In this document: piece after piece, positions 11,960 to 29,084 of the stretch
Position numbering within the stretch: position 1 is the first letter of the stretch
Layout: each line of letters opens with the position of its first letter
Assembly: GCA_000004695.1 (NCBI GenBank)
Contig: CM000151.3
Coordinates: 2,976,001-3,040,000, forward strand
DNA from: Dictyostelium discoideum
Lineage: Eukaryota
DNA length: 64,000 nt
Direction of reading: 5' to 3'
Made by a program: the position numbers and the translations under genes
The notes under the pieces: generated by a model
Databases searched by the model: none
What the model was told of the DNA's origin: nothing
The model's input: the letters and a program-made list of their open reading frames with translations, nothing else

Positions 11960-12289
11960 TCATTTATTTATCTCCCTTAACTAATTATTTTAATTTTTTT
12001 TTTTTTTTTTTCCCACACCAATTAATTTTTATTTTTTTTTATTTTTTTATTTATTTATTTTTTTCAAATAAATAAAATTTCAATTATTCACTTTTTCTTC
12101 ATTTTTATTATTTATTTTTTTATTAATTCATAACCAAAAAAAAAAAAAAAAAAAAAAAAAACAATAAACAATTTTAAGACACACCTTATTTTCATTTTTT
12201 TATTTTTTTTTTATTTTTTTATTATTTTATTTTTTTTATTTTTTTTTTATATGAAAATTCATATAAATAATTATAAATAGATTTATACA

Positions 12290-13955
<1,666 letters not shown>

Positions 13956-14158
13956 ATTACAAATTTAATTAAATTACAAATTTTACAAATTAATAAAAAA
14001 TTTTTTATATTTTTATTTTCATATTTTCATTTTTTTATCGCGTTACTTTTTTTTTGAAACTAATTTTCATATTTTCATTTTTTTTTTTTTACTTTTTTTT
14101 TTTTTTTTTTTTTTTCACCCCAATAAAAGATATTTATTATAGAATTTTTTTTAAAATT

Positions 14159-15404
14159 ATGAGTTCTTTTGATGCAAGTCCTAAAATTTATACCCCAAGT
14201 GAGATTAAAAGCCATTACGAGGTAAGAAATTAAGTGTATTTTTGTTTTTTTTTTTTTTGTTTTTTCTTTTTTGTTTTTTTTTATTTTTTTTTTACACACA
14301 TTTACCAATTTACTAACAAAAAAAAAATAATAAAAAAAAAAAAAAAAAATGAAAATAATAAAGGAATTTTGTCAAAGTATAAAACAAAGGCATGCATTTA
14401 TATATTGTGGTTCAAAGAGTGAATTTTGTATTAATAGTGCCCTTGAATTTTCAAGGATATTAAAAAAAGATTGTCATTTCAATTGTAAAATAATTGTAAA
14501 TCAATCAAGTTTAATAAATGAATTTGAAAAATATTTAGAAAATTCTTTTAAAGATGTTTCATATTTAGATTTTATTTTTTATTATATTGGTGAATCTCAA
14601 CATAATAAAAATAATAATAATAATTCAATTGAATTTATAATTGAAAATCCAAATCGAGAACAATGTAGTTTTAATAAAATTATAGATTTAATTGATAAAA
14701 AAGAAAAAGATTTACGTATGTTATTAATAAATAAATAAACAAAAAAAATTACAATTATTAAATAATATAATTTTATTAATACTTTATTTTTTGAAAAAAA
14801 AAAAAAAAAAAAAAAAACAAAATAGAATCATCTTTATTAAAACATGAATGTTATATAACTTTTAGAAAACTTTATATATTAGATTTAAATACAAGTAATG
14901 ATGGTATTAATCCTATTGAATCATTATCTCGTTTATTTAAAAATCAACAACAAGAGTTTTATACACCAAAAATGGGTTTTAGTAAGTTTTAAAAATTATA
15001 TCTAATACCTTTGGAAATTTATTATTATTTTATTTATTAATATATATATATTTTCAGATAGTGGAATTTTATATTCACCAATTATTGGAGATCATTCAAT
15101 CCGAGTTTTAAATCAAATGGAATTATCATCTTTTACATCAATTCTTATTGAAAGAATAACTAGTAAATCATCACTTGGTAGAAGATTATTAGATGTTGCT
15201 GATGTAATGGAGTATGAACTCTTTGAGAAATTCATTGAAACTCATTGTACAAACATTCATATCTATCAAGAATTAAATAATCTTTTCAAAGTTGATTTGG
15301 ATATGGAATCAAATTTAAAAAATAAATTTGAAATACTTTTTCTATCAAGTGCTCAAATTGCTTCATTTATTTTCGTTGAAAGAAAATTAAATCAAGAAAC
15401 ATAA
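14159..15404 (+). CDS. Hypothetical protein, ~290 aa; 4 exons: 14159..14221, 14364..14715, 14883..14981, 15058..15404
   Basis: Exon 1 MSSFDASPKIYTPSEIKSHYE then gtaaga donor; intron contains TACTAAC (14306-14312), first downstream AG at 14362-63; exons join ORFs 14349..14738 and 15117..15404 in frame through KLYILDLNTSNDGINPIESLSRLF... (donors gtatgt, gtaagt; acceptor ttttcag); no family recognised. Confidence 0.45.
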
Positions 15405-16199
15405 TCAAAACAAAATGATATTTTAATTTTTTATTTTTGAAAAATTAAATGTATAAAAAAAATATAAAATAAAAAGAGATATGTATTAATAATTTATTTT
15501 TTTTTATTTTTTTTATTTATTTTATTTTTTTTTTTATTTTTTATTTTTCATTTGTCGGAATGTAAAATAAGAAAAGATCTGATTTTACTGAAAATTTGGT
15601 ATTTTTGTTTTAAAGAGTGAGAAAAAAAAAAACAGATTTCAGTTAAAAAAAAAAAAATTTTTTTTTCTATTTTTTTTTCTTTTTTTCTTTTTTTTTTTTT
15701 ACGTTCTAAAAAACCAACGATTAAGATTTGCAGTATTTTTGAATTTTTTCACCCAAAGAACAGAGTTAATCACAATTTTTTTCATTTTTTTTTATTTTTA
15801 TTTTATTTTTTTTTTTATTTTTTTTTTTTATTGTTTTTAAAAAACCAAGAAAAGATTTTTAATTTTTTTTTTTATTTTTTTTTTATAAATTTCATTTTTT
15901 TTTTTTTCTTTTTAAATTTTTTATATAAAACAAACCACATCACGCATTGTACTTAATATATTGTAATATTATTTGATTATAAATATTACTTTTTTTTTTC
16001 ATTTTTTTTATTTTATTTTTTTTCCATATAGAAACATATACAATCTTTATTCAAATAAATAAAATAAATAAAATATAAATATACAAATAAATAAATTAAT
16101 TTATAAATAAATATACAAATAATATACAAATAATAAATAAATATACAAATAAATAAAAAAATAAAAATAAGAATAAAAATAAAAATATAAATAAATATA

Positions 16200-16262
16200 T
16201 ATAAATATAAATAAATAAATATAAATATAAATATAAATATAAATATAAATATAAATATAAAT
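16200..16262. repeat. (AAATAT)n hexanucleotide repeat immediately upstream of the RING/TRAF/MATH gene start; mirror at 63524..63586
   Basis: ataaatataaatataaatataaatataaat. Confidence 0.85.
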
Positions 16263-16271
16263 AATATTAAA

Positions 16272-17729
16272 ATGGATAAAAAAATAAATTTAGATTATTT
16301 AATTGATGATATTATTGTAAATTCAGATGATTTAACACCATTTCAATGTCAAATTTGTTTTAATAGTGTCATTGATTTTAAAAAAGAAACCTTATCATTT
16401 GATGTTTTACAATGTAGAAATGGTCATATTTCTTGTCACGAATGGTATGTAGTAGTATTTTATTTTTTTATTTTTTTTTTAATAAGATAAAATAAAATAA
16501 AATAAAATAAAATAAAATAAAATTATTAATTATTAATTTTATTTTAAAGTTGGAATCGTCAATTATCAATTAAACAAGAATGTCCAAGTTGTAAAGTTAA
16601 AACTTTACCAAGTGAATTATCTCGTAATATATTTTTAGAGAATGCATTTCGTGCATTAAAAGTGATATGTCCAAATAAATTTAAAGAAAGTAAATTTCAA
16701 GGAGAGGCAGTTCATTGTGAGAATGGATGTCCAGAGATTTTAAAGGTAGAATTATTGGAGCATCATTTGAAAGAATGTCAATATCAATTTATAAAGTGTC
16801 CAAACAATTCAAACAAATGTAAATATATTATTAGAAAGAATCAAATTGAACATCACAATCAATCGGTATGCGATTACTCTTTGATTCAATGCGAGAAATG
16901 TTCAGAATTAATAGAGAGAAAGAAATTAAATAAACATATCGAGAGTGAATGTGACACTCTTATGATCACATGTAGTAAATGTTCAGCATCCATTGGTAAA
17001 AAATTAATGAATCATCATTTAGAAACCGATTGTCCAATGGAGGAGATTTCATGTCTCTACAAAGCAGGTGGTTGTAATAAAAGATTCCTTCGTTCACAAC
17101 TTTCTCAACATTTATCTGAAAATAATAATCATATCTTTTATATTCAAAATGTTATGGATTTACATAAACTTCAATTGGATGAATGTAATCAAGATTATAG
17201 AAAATTAGAAAAACAAAATAGAGATTTGGAAAAAAGATTATTTTATTTAGAGAGTACTGTAAATTCAACTGTAATAAATAGTAAACCACATGAATGTGGT
17301 GGTGGTGGTGGTGGTGGCAGTGGTAATAATGTTTATAAAGGGAAATGGGTAATCAATAATTGGGATCGTAAATTACGTGAATATCCAATATCAAAGAGTT
17401 TAAATAGTCCATTCTTTCAAATTGGTTCTTCTAAATTCTTTATCATGCTCTACCCAAATGGTAACAATGAGGTTAAAGGTTTTCTAAGTATTTTCCTCTA
17501 TAAAATTTATGATCGTCCATCACTTGTAAAATATAGTTTAGAAGCTAAAAATATTGACCCCACTAAAAATTATAAAAATACTCATACAAATAATTTCATC
17601 AATAACAATGGTAATGGTTGGTTCAAATGGATTGAAAATAAAAGTCAAAATGGTTTCTTTTCAAATAATTCTTTAACAATTAGTATTAGTATTAAAATTA
17701 TTCAAGATCATTCATTAGTTACTGAATAA
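16272..17729 (+). CDS. RING-finger / TRAF-type zinc-finger / coiled-coil / MATH-domain protein (TRAF-like), left copy; exons 16272..16444 and 16550..17729
   Basis: C3HC4 RING restored only after splicing (CQICFNSV...LQCRNGHISCHE|CWNRQLSIKQECPSCK; donor gtatgt at 16445, acceptor ag at 16548-49); repeated C-x-C-x-H-x-C TRAF zinc fingers; coiled coil LEKQNRDLEKRLFYLE; C-terminal MATH-like beta region. Confidence 0.75.
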
Positions 17730-18039
17730 TTTTGATAAAAATAAAATAATAAAAATTTATAAAAAAAAAAAAGAAATATAATTCAAATATTTAATTTAAT
17801 TAATAAATAATAATAGTTTTTTTTTTTTTTTTTTTTTTTAAAAAAAAAACAAAGTATTTTTTTAACCTTTTTTGGGAATGTTTTAACAAAACATTTAATT
17901 TAATATAATTTTAATAGAATAAACATTAATAATTAAAATAGATTATTTAATCTTATAACAATATATTTTAGTTGATCTTGTTACAAACATTGTCATTAAA
18001 GTTTATAAAAAAAAAGAAAAAAAATGCAACAAATATATA

Positions 18040-18160
18040 ATGCTTAATTATTGATCAAATTCTCCGTTTTCTATATATAAAATTGATAATGATGGAAATG
18101 GTTCATCAGTTGATGCTGCTATTGGAAATATTACTACTGGACAATTTTTATTATGTTAAA
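18040..18160 (-). pseudogene. Short degenerate fragment of the glycerol-dehydrogenase-like gene (5' part of its exon 3), left arm
   Basis: gatcaaattctccgttttc...aatggttcatcagttgatgctgctattggaaatattactactggaca ~85-90% identical to functional gene at 23871..23975. Confidence 0.6.
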
Positions 18161-18165
18161 TTACA

Positions 18166-18400
18166 TTATTTTGTGTCCTTTACAAGTGTTGGTGACATAT
18201 TATATCTGCGTATTAGTTTTGTTGTGAAGTATATGGGTTTTACAAACTTTTGTGATACTAAAACAGATTCATCAACTCTGTTCTCCTTTATATTATGTGT
18301 GTTTCCATTAATTGCTGCTATAGTGTTATGTATTAATTCTTCACCGCCACATTTATCCAATAAACTATTAGATTTTTGGAATTTGAAAAAAAAAAAAAAA
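18166..18400. repeat. Unknown ~250-bp element, copy 1 (left arm); diverged paralogue at 19396..19700
   Basis: Minus-strand conceptual peptide CGGEELIHNTIAAINGNTHNIKENRVDESVLVSQKFVKPIYFTTKLIRRYNMSPTLVKDTK vs copy 2 CGGEELIHNTIAAVNGNTHKIKENRVDASVLVSQKFVKLINFSSKLIRKYNMSPTLVDDTK (~85% nt identity); ORFs on both strands, none convincing. Confidence 0.5.
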
Positions 18401-18486
18401 AATAAATTTCTAAAAATTTAATGAGATTGACAATGTCGTAGTTTAAAAAAATATATAAAAAATTAAAAAGATTTTTGAATTGTTCA

Positions 18487-18539
<53 letters not shown>

Positions 18540-18859
18540 AATTTTCATAAATTGTTTATCTTTTTTTTAAGGTTAAAAAAAATAAGTAAACTTTTGTTTA
18601 TTTGGATACTTGTTTTTAATTTAGTTAAGTTTAGGTTTAAGTTTAATTTTATTTTAATTAATTTTTAATATTAATTTGATCATAATTAAAAAAAAAAAAT
18701 TCACAATAAAAAGAAATAATAAAAAAAAAAAAATATATAAAAATATAATAAATTATATATTATATAAAATGCCACCAAAAGTTTATGGTGGAAGAGTATA
18801 TGTATTAAATAATGGGTTTCACCAACTCATAATACTCAATGTACTCTCGTTATTGTTCT

Positions 18860-19080
18860 GAAAATGAATTGAAAATAAAAGTCAAAATGTTTTCTTTTTT
18901 AACAATTAGTATTAGTATTACTATTATTCAAGATCATTCATTAGTCACTCAATAATTTAGATAAAAATAAAATAATAAAATTTATAAATTCCAAAAAAAA
19001 AAAAATAAAAAAAAAAAAAAAGAAATACAACTCAAATATTTAATATAATTAATAAATAATAAATTTTTATTTATTTTTTT
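18860..19080 (+). pseudogene. Partial duplicate of the 3' end and 3' flank of the RING/TRAF/MATH gene (compare 17631..17830)
   Basis: attgaaaataaaagtcaaaatg(t/g)tttc...aacaattagtattagtatta...ttcaagatcattcattagt(c/t)act(c/g)aataatt...gataaaaataaaataataaaa aligns with the gene's last codons and downstream sequence. Confidence 0.6.
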
Positions 19081-19289
19081 TTAAAAAAGGAAAAAAAAAA
19101 TATTTAAGAACTAAAATTAAAAGAAATAACAGATAAAGTTTTTTTTTTTTAAACAATTCCAAATCCATTCAATTTTTTTTTTTTTTTTTTTTTGATATTA
19201 ATTTTATTACCAAAAAAAAAAAAAAAAATTTGATACCTTGCATGAAATTAAGCGAGCTCTATTTCTTTTGATTATAATTGATATAGAAT

Positions 19290-19332
<43 letters not shown>

Positions 19333-19395
19333 ATAATTTAATTTAATTATTCTCGTTTAAAAAATATTATTTGTAAGTAAATTTATTTATTTTAT

Positions 19396-19700
19396 TTATT
19401 CTCTGAAAATTTTATTTTTTGTGTCATCTACGAGTGTTGGTGACATATTATATTTGCGTATTAGTTTCGATGAGAAGTTTATGAGTTTTACAAACTTTTG
19501 TGATACTAAAACGGATGCGTCAACTCTATTTTCCTTTATTTTGTGTGTGTTTCCATTAACTGCTGCTATAGTGTTATGTATTAATTCTTCACCGCCACAC
19601 TCTTCCAATAAACTATTAGATTCATCAAGATATTCGTTCGTAAGTATAATTAATACGCTCAAGATGTTAATTGCCTGTCCATGTAATGTATTTTGGATTA
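19396..19700. repeat. Unknown ~250-bp element, copy 2 (left arm)
   Basis: See 18166..18400. Confidence 0.5.
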
Positions 19701-19974
19701 TATTTCTCGTTTGATGTTTTGATAACCTTTCTAGCAGTTGATACTTTCTTTAATACACCTGATATTGTTGTATGTATATATTATCTGTGTGTTGATTTTT
19801 GGAATAAATTGAAAAATTTTTATGTGGGGGAAAAAAGTTTTTTTTAATTTTTTTTTTTTTTTTTAATTTATTTATCAAGATAAATAATTAAATTCTAAAA
19901 ATAAATTTTTTGGTTATCCTTCAAGTTCAATGTTACACAATATCCAACAATCAATAATTAGTTTTTAAATTTTA

Positions 19975-20470
19975 TATCGATATTTATTTTTCCAATTTCT
20001 TTTAAAAGAATCCATGGCTTTTTCAATATTTTCACTTATGATTTTATAATATATTTTTGAAAGGTTATATCCAATCAATGATGGTTTTGTATTGGTTAAT
20101 TATTTCCAAAACTTTGAAAACATGGTCTCGCTTCAAAATAAGTTTAAAGTGCATTAGCCACTCCTGAAGAAAATTAACTTGGTGGCGCAGTAACCATAAC
20201 AACTGGATCAACTAAAACAACATCTGGATTTTTGGAATATAAAGATATTGATCAAATTCTCCATTTTCTTTATACCAAACTAATAATTATGCACATGATG
20301 CATCAGTCGAGGAAGCTTTAGGAAATATTACTACTGGACATTTTTACAATAAGGCAATTGCTTTAATTTAAAAATAATAAAAAAAAAAAAATAAAAAAAA
20401 AAAAAAAAATTTTAATTTCCTTTTGTAATATCAATTGTTTTAATACCAATTCCTAAATTTTTAATTTTAT
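19975..20470 (-). pseudogene. Degenerate partial copy of the glycerol-dehydrogenase-like gene (5' part of exon 3, intron 2, start of exon 2) with in-frame stops
   Basis: 19981..20345 aligns with 23631..23975; 20346..20470 aligns with 23976..24130; contains taa/tga in the gene frame (gaaaattaacttgg). Confidence 0.65.
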
Positions 20471-20874
20471 TAGTAAGAGGATTATTGGAATTAATTTATG
20501 TTTTTAATTTTTTCTTTTTTAATTTTTTATTTTTGTTTTTTTTTTTTTTTTTTTCAAATTCTACTTTTTAATTAAAAAGTAGATGTCCTTTGAAAAAATT
20601 GTTCATTGATGGGGTCGTTATTATTTTTTTATTATCTCAAATTTAATTCTTGAGTTTTTTCATAACCTTTGATAGGTCCAACTGTTTTTTAGTTTAAACC
20701 ATTTAACACATATAAATAATAAAATAAAAAATTTAATCTATAAAAAAAAAGTTCTTATTCATTTTTTAACAAAATAATTTAAAATCAATAATTATCTCAT
20801 ATTATCTATTTTTTTAAAAAAGACTGGATAAAAAACTAAAAAGTATGGATTAATTATTTAGTATATATTTAATC

Positions 20875-20911
<37 letters not shown>

Positions 20912-21077
20912 AGTACACAAATAATTTTGAACACTATTTTTAAAACTATTAACATTAATTTTTTTATTTATTTTTATTTTTTATTTTATGTGACTCCTTT
21001 GGTAATATTCCTTGTAATAACGATGTACTATCGATTATAACAAATTTTTTTTCCATTTTTTTTATTCTTTTTTTTTT

Positions 21078-22385
21078 TTATTCTTCCAATTCAGTTATTA
21101 AAGTATTATTAAAATTTTCTTCACTTTCTTCAATTTCTTGTTGTTCATCTTGAATTGATAAAATTTTGATATTAAATTTAATAATTAATTGATCATTTAC
21201 AATGAATTTATTATGAATATTATAGATTTCAGAGGTTGGAAATTCTATTGAATGAGAGGAGCCAATTAGATGAGAGAATTTCTTTTTCTCTTCTTTTTTG
21301 ATTGATTTAGTTTGACTTTGATTTGTAATTTCAAAAGAGAATTTAATGGTTGAAGAGGATTGAAATTGTTTTGATAAAATTACAGAAATACAATTGACCG
21401 AGTTTACCACGGTATCAGCTGATAGAGATAATGAAAATTCTTTTGTTGGTGTTAAAAAGATTGGTGGTGATATTATTAGATTTGTGAACGGGTTCTCTTT
21501 GAATAGATCGAAATGAGCAGAGAATTGTTTAATTATCCATCTACCATTGAAAGAGTAATCATTGTTAATTAGTTTGGTTTCTAATTCTTCACAACTTGAT
21601 CGAAGTTGTTTCAATTGTTTTGAAGTTGATTTCAAAAGTGATTGATGACCATTGATAATGTTGGAGATGTATTGCTGATGATTATCCTCTAATGCTAAAT
21701 GTTTTGAAAGTTCATGACGTGGAAAAGTTTCATTACATCCACCATCTTTATATCTACATCCTATAATCACCAATGGACAATCCAATAGTAAATGATTACT
21801 AAGATTCATTCTTTCAAAATCATTCTTACAATAGAAACATTTGGTTGGATAATAATTACATTGATCTTGATGATTCTCTATCTCATTCATTCTATATTTA
21901 CCACATTTTTCATTATATTCACATGAAACAAATGTAAATTTACATTCTTTTAAATGTTTACCATTCTTTAATTGTTCAATTGTTAATATTTCTTTACATC
22001 CTTTTTTTTCATCTAAAATTAATTTATTATTATCATTATTTAAAAAACTATTTGGACAATAAACCTAATAAAAATTTTTTTTTTTTTTTTTTTTTTTTTT
22101 AGTATTAATAATTTTTTTAAATAAATAAAATAAAATACAAACCTTTAAATTATTTATATGTTTTTGAAGATAAATATTTTTACATAAAGTTTGAATTGTA
22201 ACAGGAATACAACATATTGGACATTCTGATTTTACAGTTTCAATTTGTTTATGAAAACAGCCTTTACATAAACAATGACCATTTGGGCACGAAACTGATT
22301 CATTCATAAGATTACAACATAGTTGACAATAAAGATCTTCATCAATATCTTTTGAAAAAATTAAATCATCTATTGAATATTTCAT
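21078..22385 (-). CDS. TRAF-like protein (RING finger + TRAF-type zinc fingers + coiled coil + MATH-like C-terminus), left copy; exons 22143..22385 and 21078..22064
   Basis: MKYSIDDLIFSKDIDEDLYCQLCCNLMNESVSCPNGHCLCKGCF...CPICCIP (RING); VYCPNSF...CKFTFVSCEYNEKCGKYRMNEIENHQDQCNYYPTKCFYCKNDFERMNLSNHLLLDCPLVIIGCRYKDGGCNETFPRHELSKHL (TRAF fingers); donor gtttgt, acceptor ttattag. Confidence 0.7.
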
Positions 22386-22908
22386 TTTTATATTTTTTAA
22401 TTTTATTTTTTTATTCAACTATTATCATTATTTTAATATACATATATCTTTTTAATTATTATTTTTCTTTTTTTTTTTTTTTTTTTTTTTCTATCTTTTT
22501 TCACTTTTTCGTTTTCTCAATTTTTTTTTTTGTTGTGGTTGGGAAAAAAAAAAAAAAATAAAAAAAATAAAAAAAAAAAAAAAAAATTAAAAATTAATTT
22601 ACCATCAAAATAAATACACAATTTTTTGATCAATTAAAACAAAATTTCTCCCCTTTTAAATAATATTAACCAAATGATAAGCTTGATAAGTAAAATTATG
22701 TATATCAACCAAACACATAAAAAATACTTATAAATTTTTTGTTTTTTTTTTTATGACCAATTTTTGATTGAGGTTCTGTTTTATTTGCAATTTCAACTAT
22801 TTTTAATGCTAAACAATACAAAAATATCATTTTTTACAATGTAAAGGAAATAAAATTTTCATATATTCCTTTCAAATGGGTAGTTTAAACTTTTCAAAGT
22901 AGGTTTAT

Positions 22909-22949
<41 letters not shown>

Positions 22950-23156
22950 AATATGTTTATTTTTTTTTTTTTTATATCGTTTAGTAATTCAGTTAAGGGT
23001 TAAACAAATAAAATTAAATAATAATTTACAAATGTTGATTTTAATAATTATAAATAATAAAAATAAAAAACAAAAGTTTATTTTTAATTTATTTATTTAA
23101 AAACTTTAATTCATTTTATTTCTTTATTATCAAATAATAGATTAATTGAAAGAATT

Positions 23157-24505
23157 TTAAATTGGATAATTTGGTTTTAAATTTTCTATTGATATTTTTT
23201 TATATCTTTTACCCATTTCATTTGCAGCCACAATTGAATTAAAGATATCATCATTTTCAAAGTTTCTTAACATGTTTGACATTGTATCTGATGGTAAATT
23301 TGAAATTGAAGCCACTTTTTTAATATCTTCATCATTCCAATTTTTATAACCTAAATCCTCTAATGTCATCGGAAGTTTTGCAATTTTCATTATTCTAATT
23401 ACATTTTCAATTTCTCCAGTTGGAGCATCTTCTAAAATCAATTGAGCCAATAAACCAAATGCAACCTTTTCACCATGTTGAGAGGAATGTAATTGTTCTA
23501 TTGAACTTAGACCATTGGAAATTGCATGGGCAGCAGCAAGTCCTCCACTCTCTGCCCCAATACCACTTAAATAAATTGTTGCTTCTAAAATATTTTCAAA
23601 TGAAATTGAATTTGATTTACAATTTAAAGAATCCATTGCTTTTTCAATATTTTCACTTATGATTTTATAGCATAATTTTGAAAGGTTATATCCAATCAAT
23701 GATGGTTTTGTATTGGTTAAATTATTTCCAAAACTTTGGAAACATTGTCTTGCTTCAAAATAAGTTGCAAGTGCATCACCTACTCCTGAAGAAAATAATC
23801 TTGGTGGTGCAGTAACCATAACAACTGGATCAACTAAAACAACATCTGGATTATTTGGAATATAAAGATATTGATCAAATTCTCCATTATCTTTGTATAA
23901 AACTGCTAATGATGTACATGGTGCATCAGTTGATGCTGCTGTTGGAAATATTACTACTGGACATTTTTCATAAAATGCCATTGCTTTTTGTTATAAAAAT
24001 AATATAAATTAATTAATAATTAATTATTGATTTAAAAAAATAATAATAATAATAATAATAATAATTACCTTTTGCAGTATCAATTGTTTTACCACCACCA
24101 ATTCCTAAAATTACATTTGAACCTTTAGATTTTTTAATTGAACACATTCTTTCAACTTCATTTTTTGTACATTCAATTTTAAATTTTTCAACGTGAGATA
24201 TAATATTCTCTTTTTCTAAAGACTTTACAGTTTTTTGATTTACTTGATCAATTAATCTCTCATCACAAACAATAAAACATTTATTTCCAAAATCTTTAAT
24301 AAATTTTGAAGGATCATTTAATAAATTCTTTCCAATTATAAATTTTTTTGGTGAGCTAAAGTAAATTAATTAATTAAATAAAAAAAAATAATAATTAGTT
24401 TTTAAAATTATATTAAATATTATTAATAGAAATTATTTAATTTTTTTTTTATTTCTTTATTTTTTTTTATAAATATTACCAAAGAGTTTTATAAATTGTA
24501 TTCAT
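23157..24505 (-). CDS. Glycerol dehydrogenase (GldA-type, Fe/Zn-dependent ADH superfamily) homologue, left copy; exons 24480..24505, 24069..24355, 23157..23983 (379 aa)
   Basis: GIGGGKTIDTAKA, VIFPTAASTDAPCTSLAVLYKDNGEFDQYLYIPNNPDVVLVDPVVMVTAPPRLFSSGVGDALATYFEAR and SGIGAESGGLAAAHAISNGLS...HGEKVAFGLLAQLILE track E. coli GldA (GIGGGKTLDTAKA / [33 protein letters not shown] / GFESGGLAAAHAIHNG / HGEKVAFGTLVQLALE); donors gtaata and gtaatt. Confidence 0.8.
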
Positions 24506-24757
24506 TTTAATTGGTTTTGTTTTTTTTAAACAAACAATATATTAATTAAATAATTTATGATAAATAATAAATAATAAAAATAATTAAAAAAATAAAATAA
24601 TAAAAAATAAACAAAGTGGTTGTAGTGAAAAAGGATTTGGGAGTTGTGGTTATAATAAAAAAGATTTACATTTTTATTAGGAAAAAAAAAGTATAAAAAC
24701 AAAAACTATAATTACACTTCCTCACCTTTATTTTCATAATATTTTAATTAAAAGTAA

Positions 24758-24772
24758 CCACACCCCACCACA
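24758..24772. promoter_or_regulatory. CA-rich element CCACACCCCACCACA ~250 bp upstream of the glycerol-dehydrogenase-like gene (left copy); mirror at 55014..55028
   Basis: Resembles the CAE/G-box class bound by GBF in Dictyostelium post-aggregative promoters. Confidence 0.3.
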
Positions 24773-24941
24773 TTTTATTTTTTTTTAATTTTTTAATTTT
24801 TCTTCGGTCTGTGCTTTTTCGTTAATAAAAAAGTATTTTTTAGTAATTATTTCAAAAATAGACATAAAAGTGAATTTGCTTTTTTTTTTTTTTTTTTATT
24901 CAATTTATTTTATACTTTAAATTATTTTATTTTTTTTATTT

Positions 24942-28624
<3,683 letters not shown>

Positions 28625-29001
28625 TGTTGATTATATATAATGTATAATTAATTATTTATATATTTTTTATTATTTAATTTTGACTTTATTATTATTAATT
28701 TACTCTTTTTACTTTTTATTTTACTTTTTTTTTTTTTTATTATTTTTTTTTTATTAATTGATTAATTATTTATTTTTATCAATCTTTTTAAATATTAATA
28801 CAATCTGTACTACAAATAATTATACAAATGTATAAATGCTACAGGATTTTGAATGAACTTTTTTTTTTTTTTACAATCAAAAAAAAAAAAATAAAAAAAA
28901 TTTAATTAAAAAAAAAAAAAAAATAAAAAAAATAAAAAAAATAAAAAAAATAAAAAATAAAAAAAATTGAAATTTTTATAATTTTTTTTTTATGTGAATA
29001 T

Positions 29002-29017
29002 CACCCATATATGGGTG
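29002..29017. promoter_or_regulatory. Perfect 16-bp palindrome CACCCATATATGGGTG (CArG-like core CCATATATGG flanked by CACCC/GGGTG) ~380 bp upstream of ap2a1 (left copy); mirror at 50769..50784
   Basis: Isolated GC-containing perfect palindrome in an AT-rich intergenic region; CC(A/T)6GG is the MADS-box (SRF-type) consensus; CACCC/GGGTG resemble Dictyostelium G-box/CAE half-sites. Confidence 0.35.
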
Positions 29018-29084
29018 ACTTTTTATTTTTTATTTTTTATTTTTTTTTCATTTTTCTTTATTTTTTTTTTTTTTTGTTATTTCT

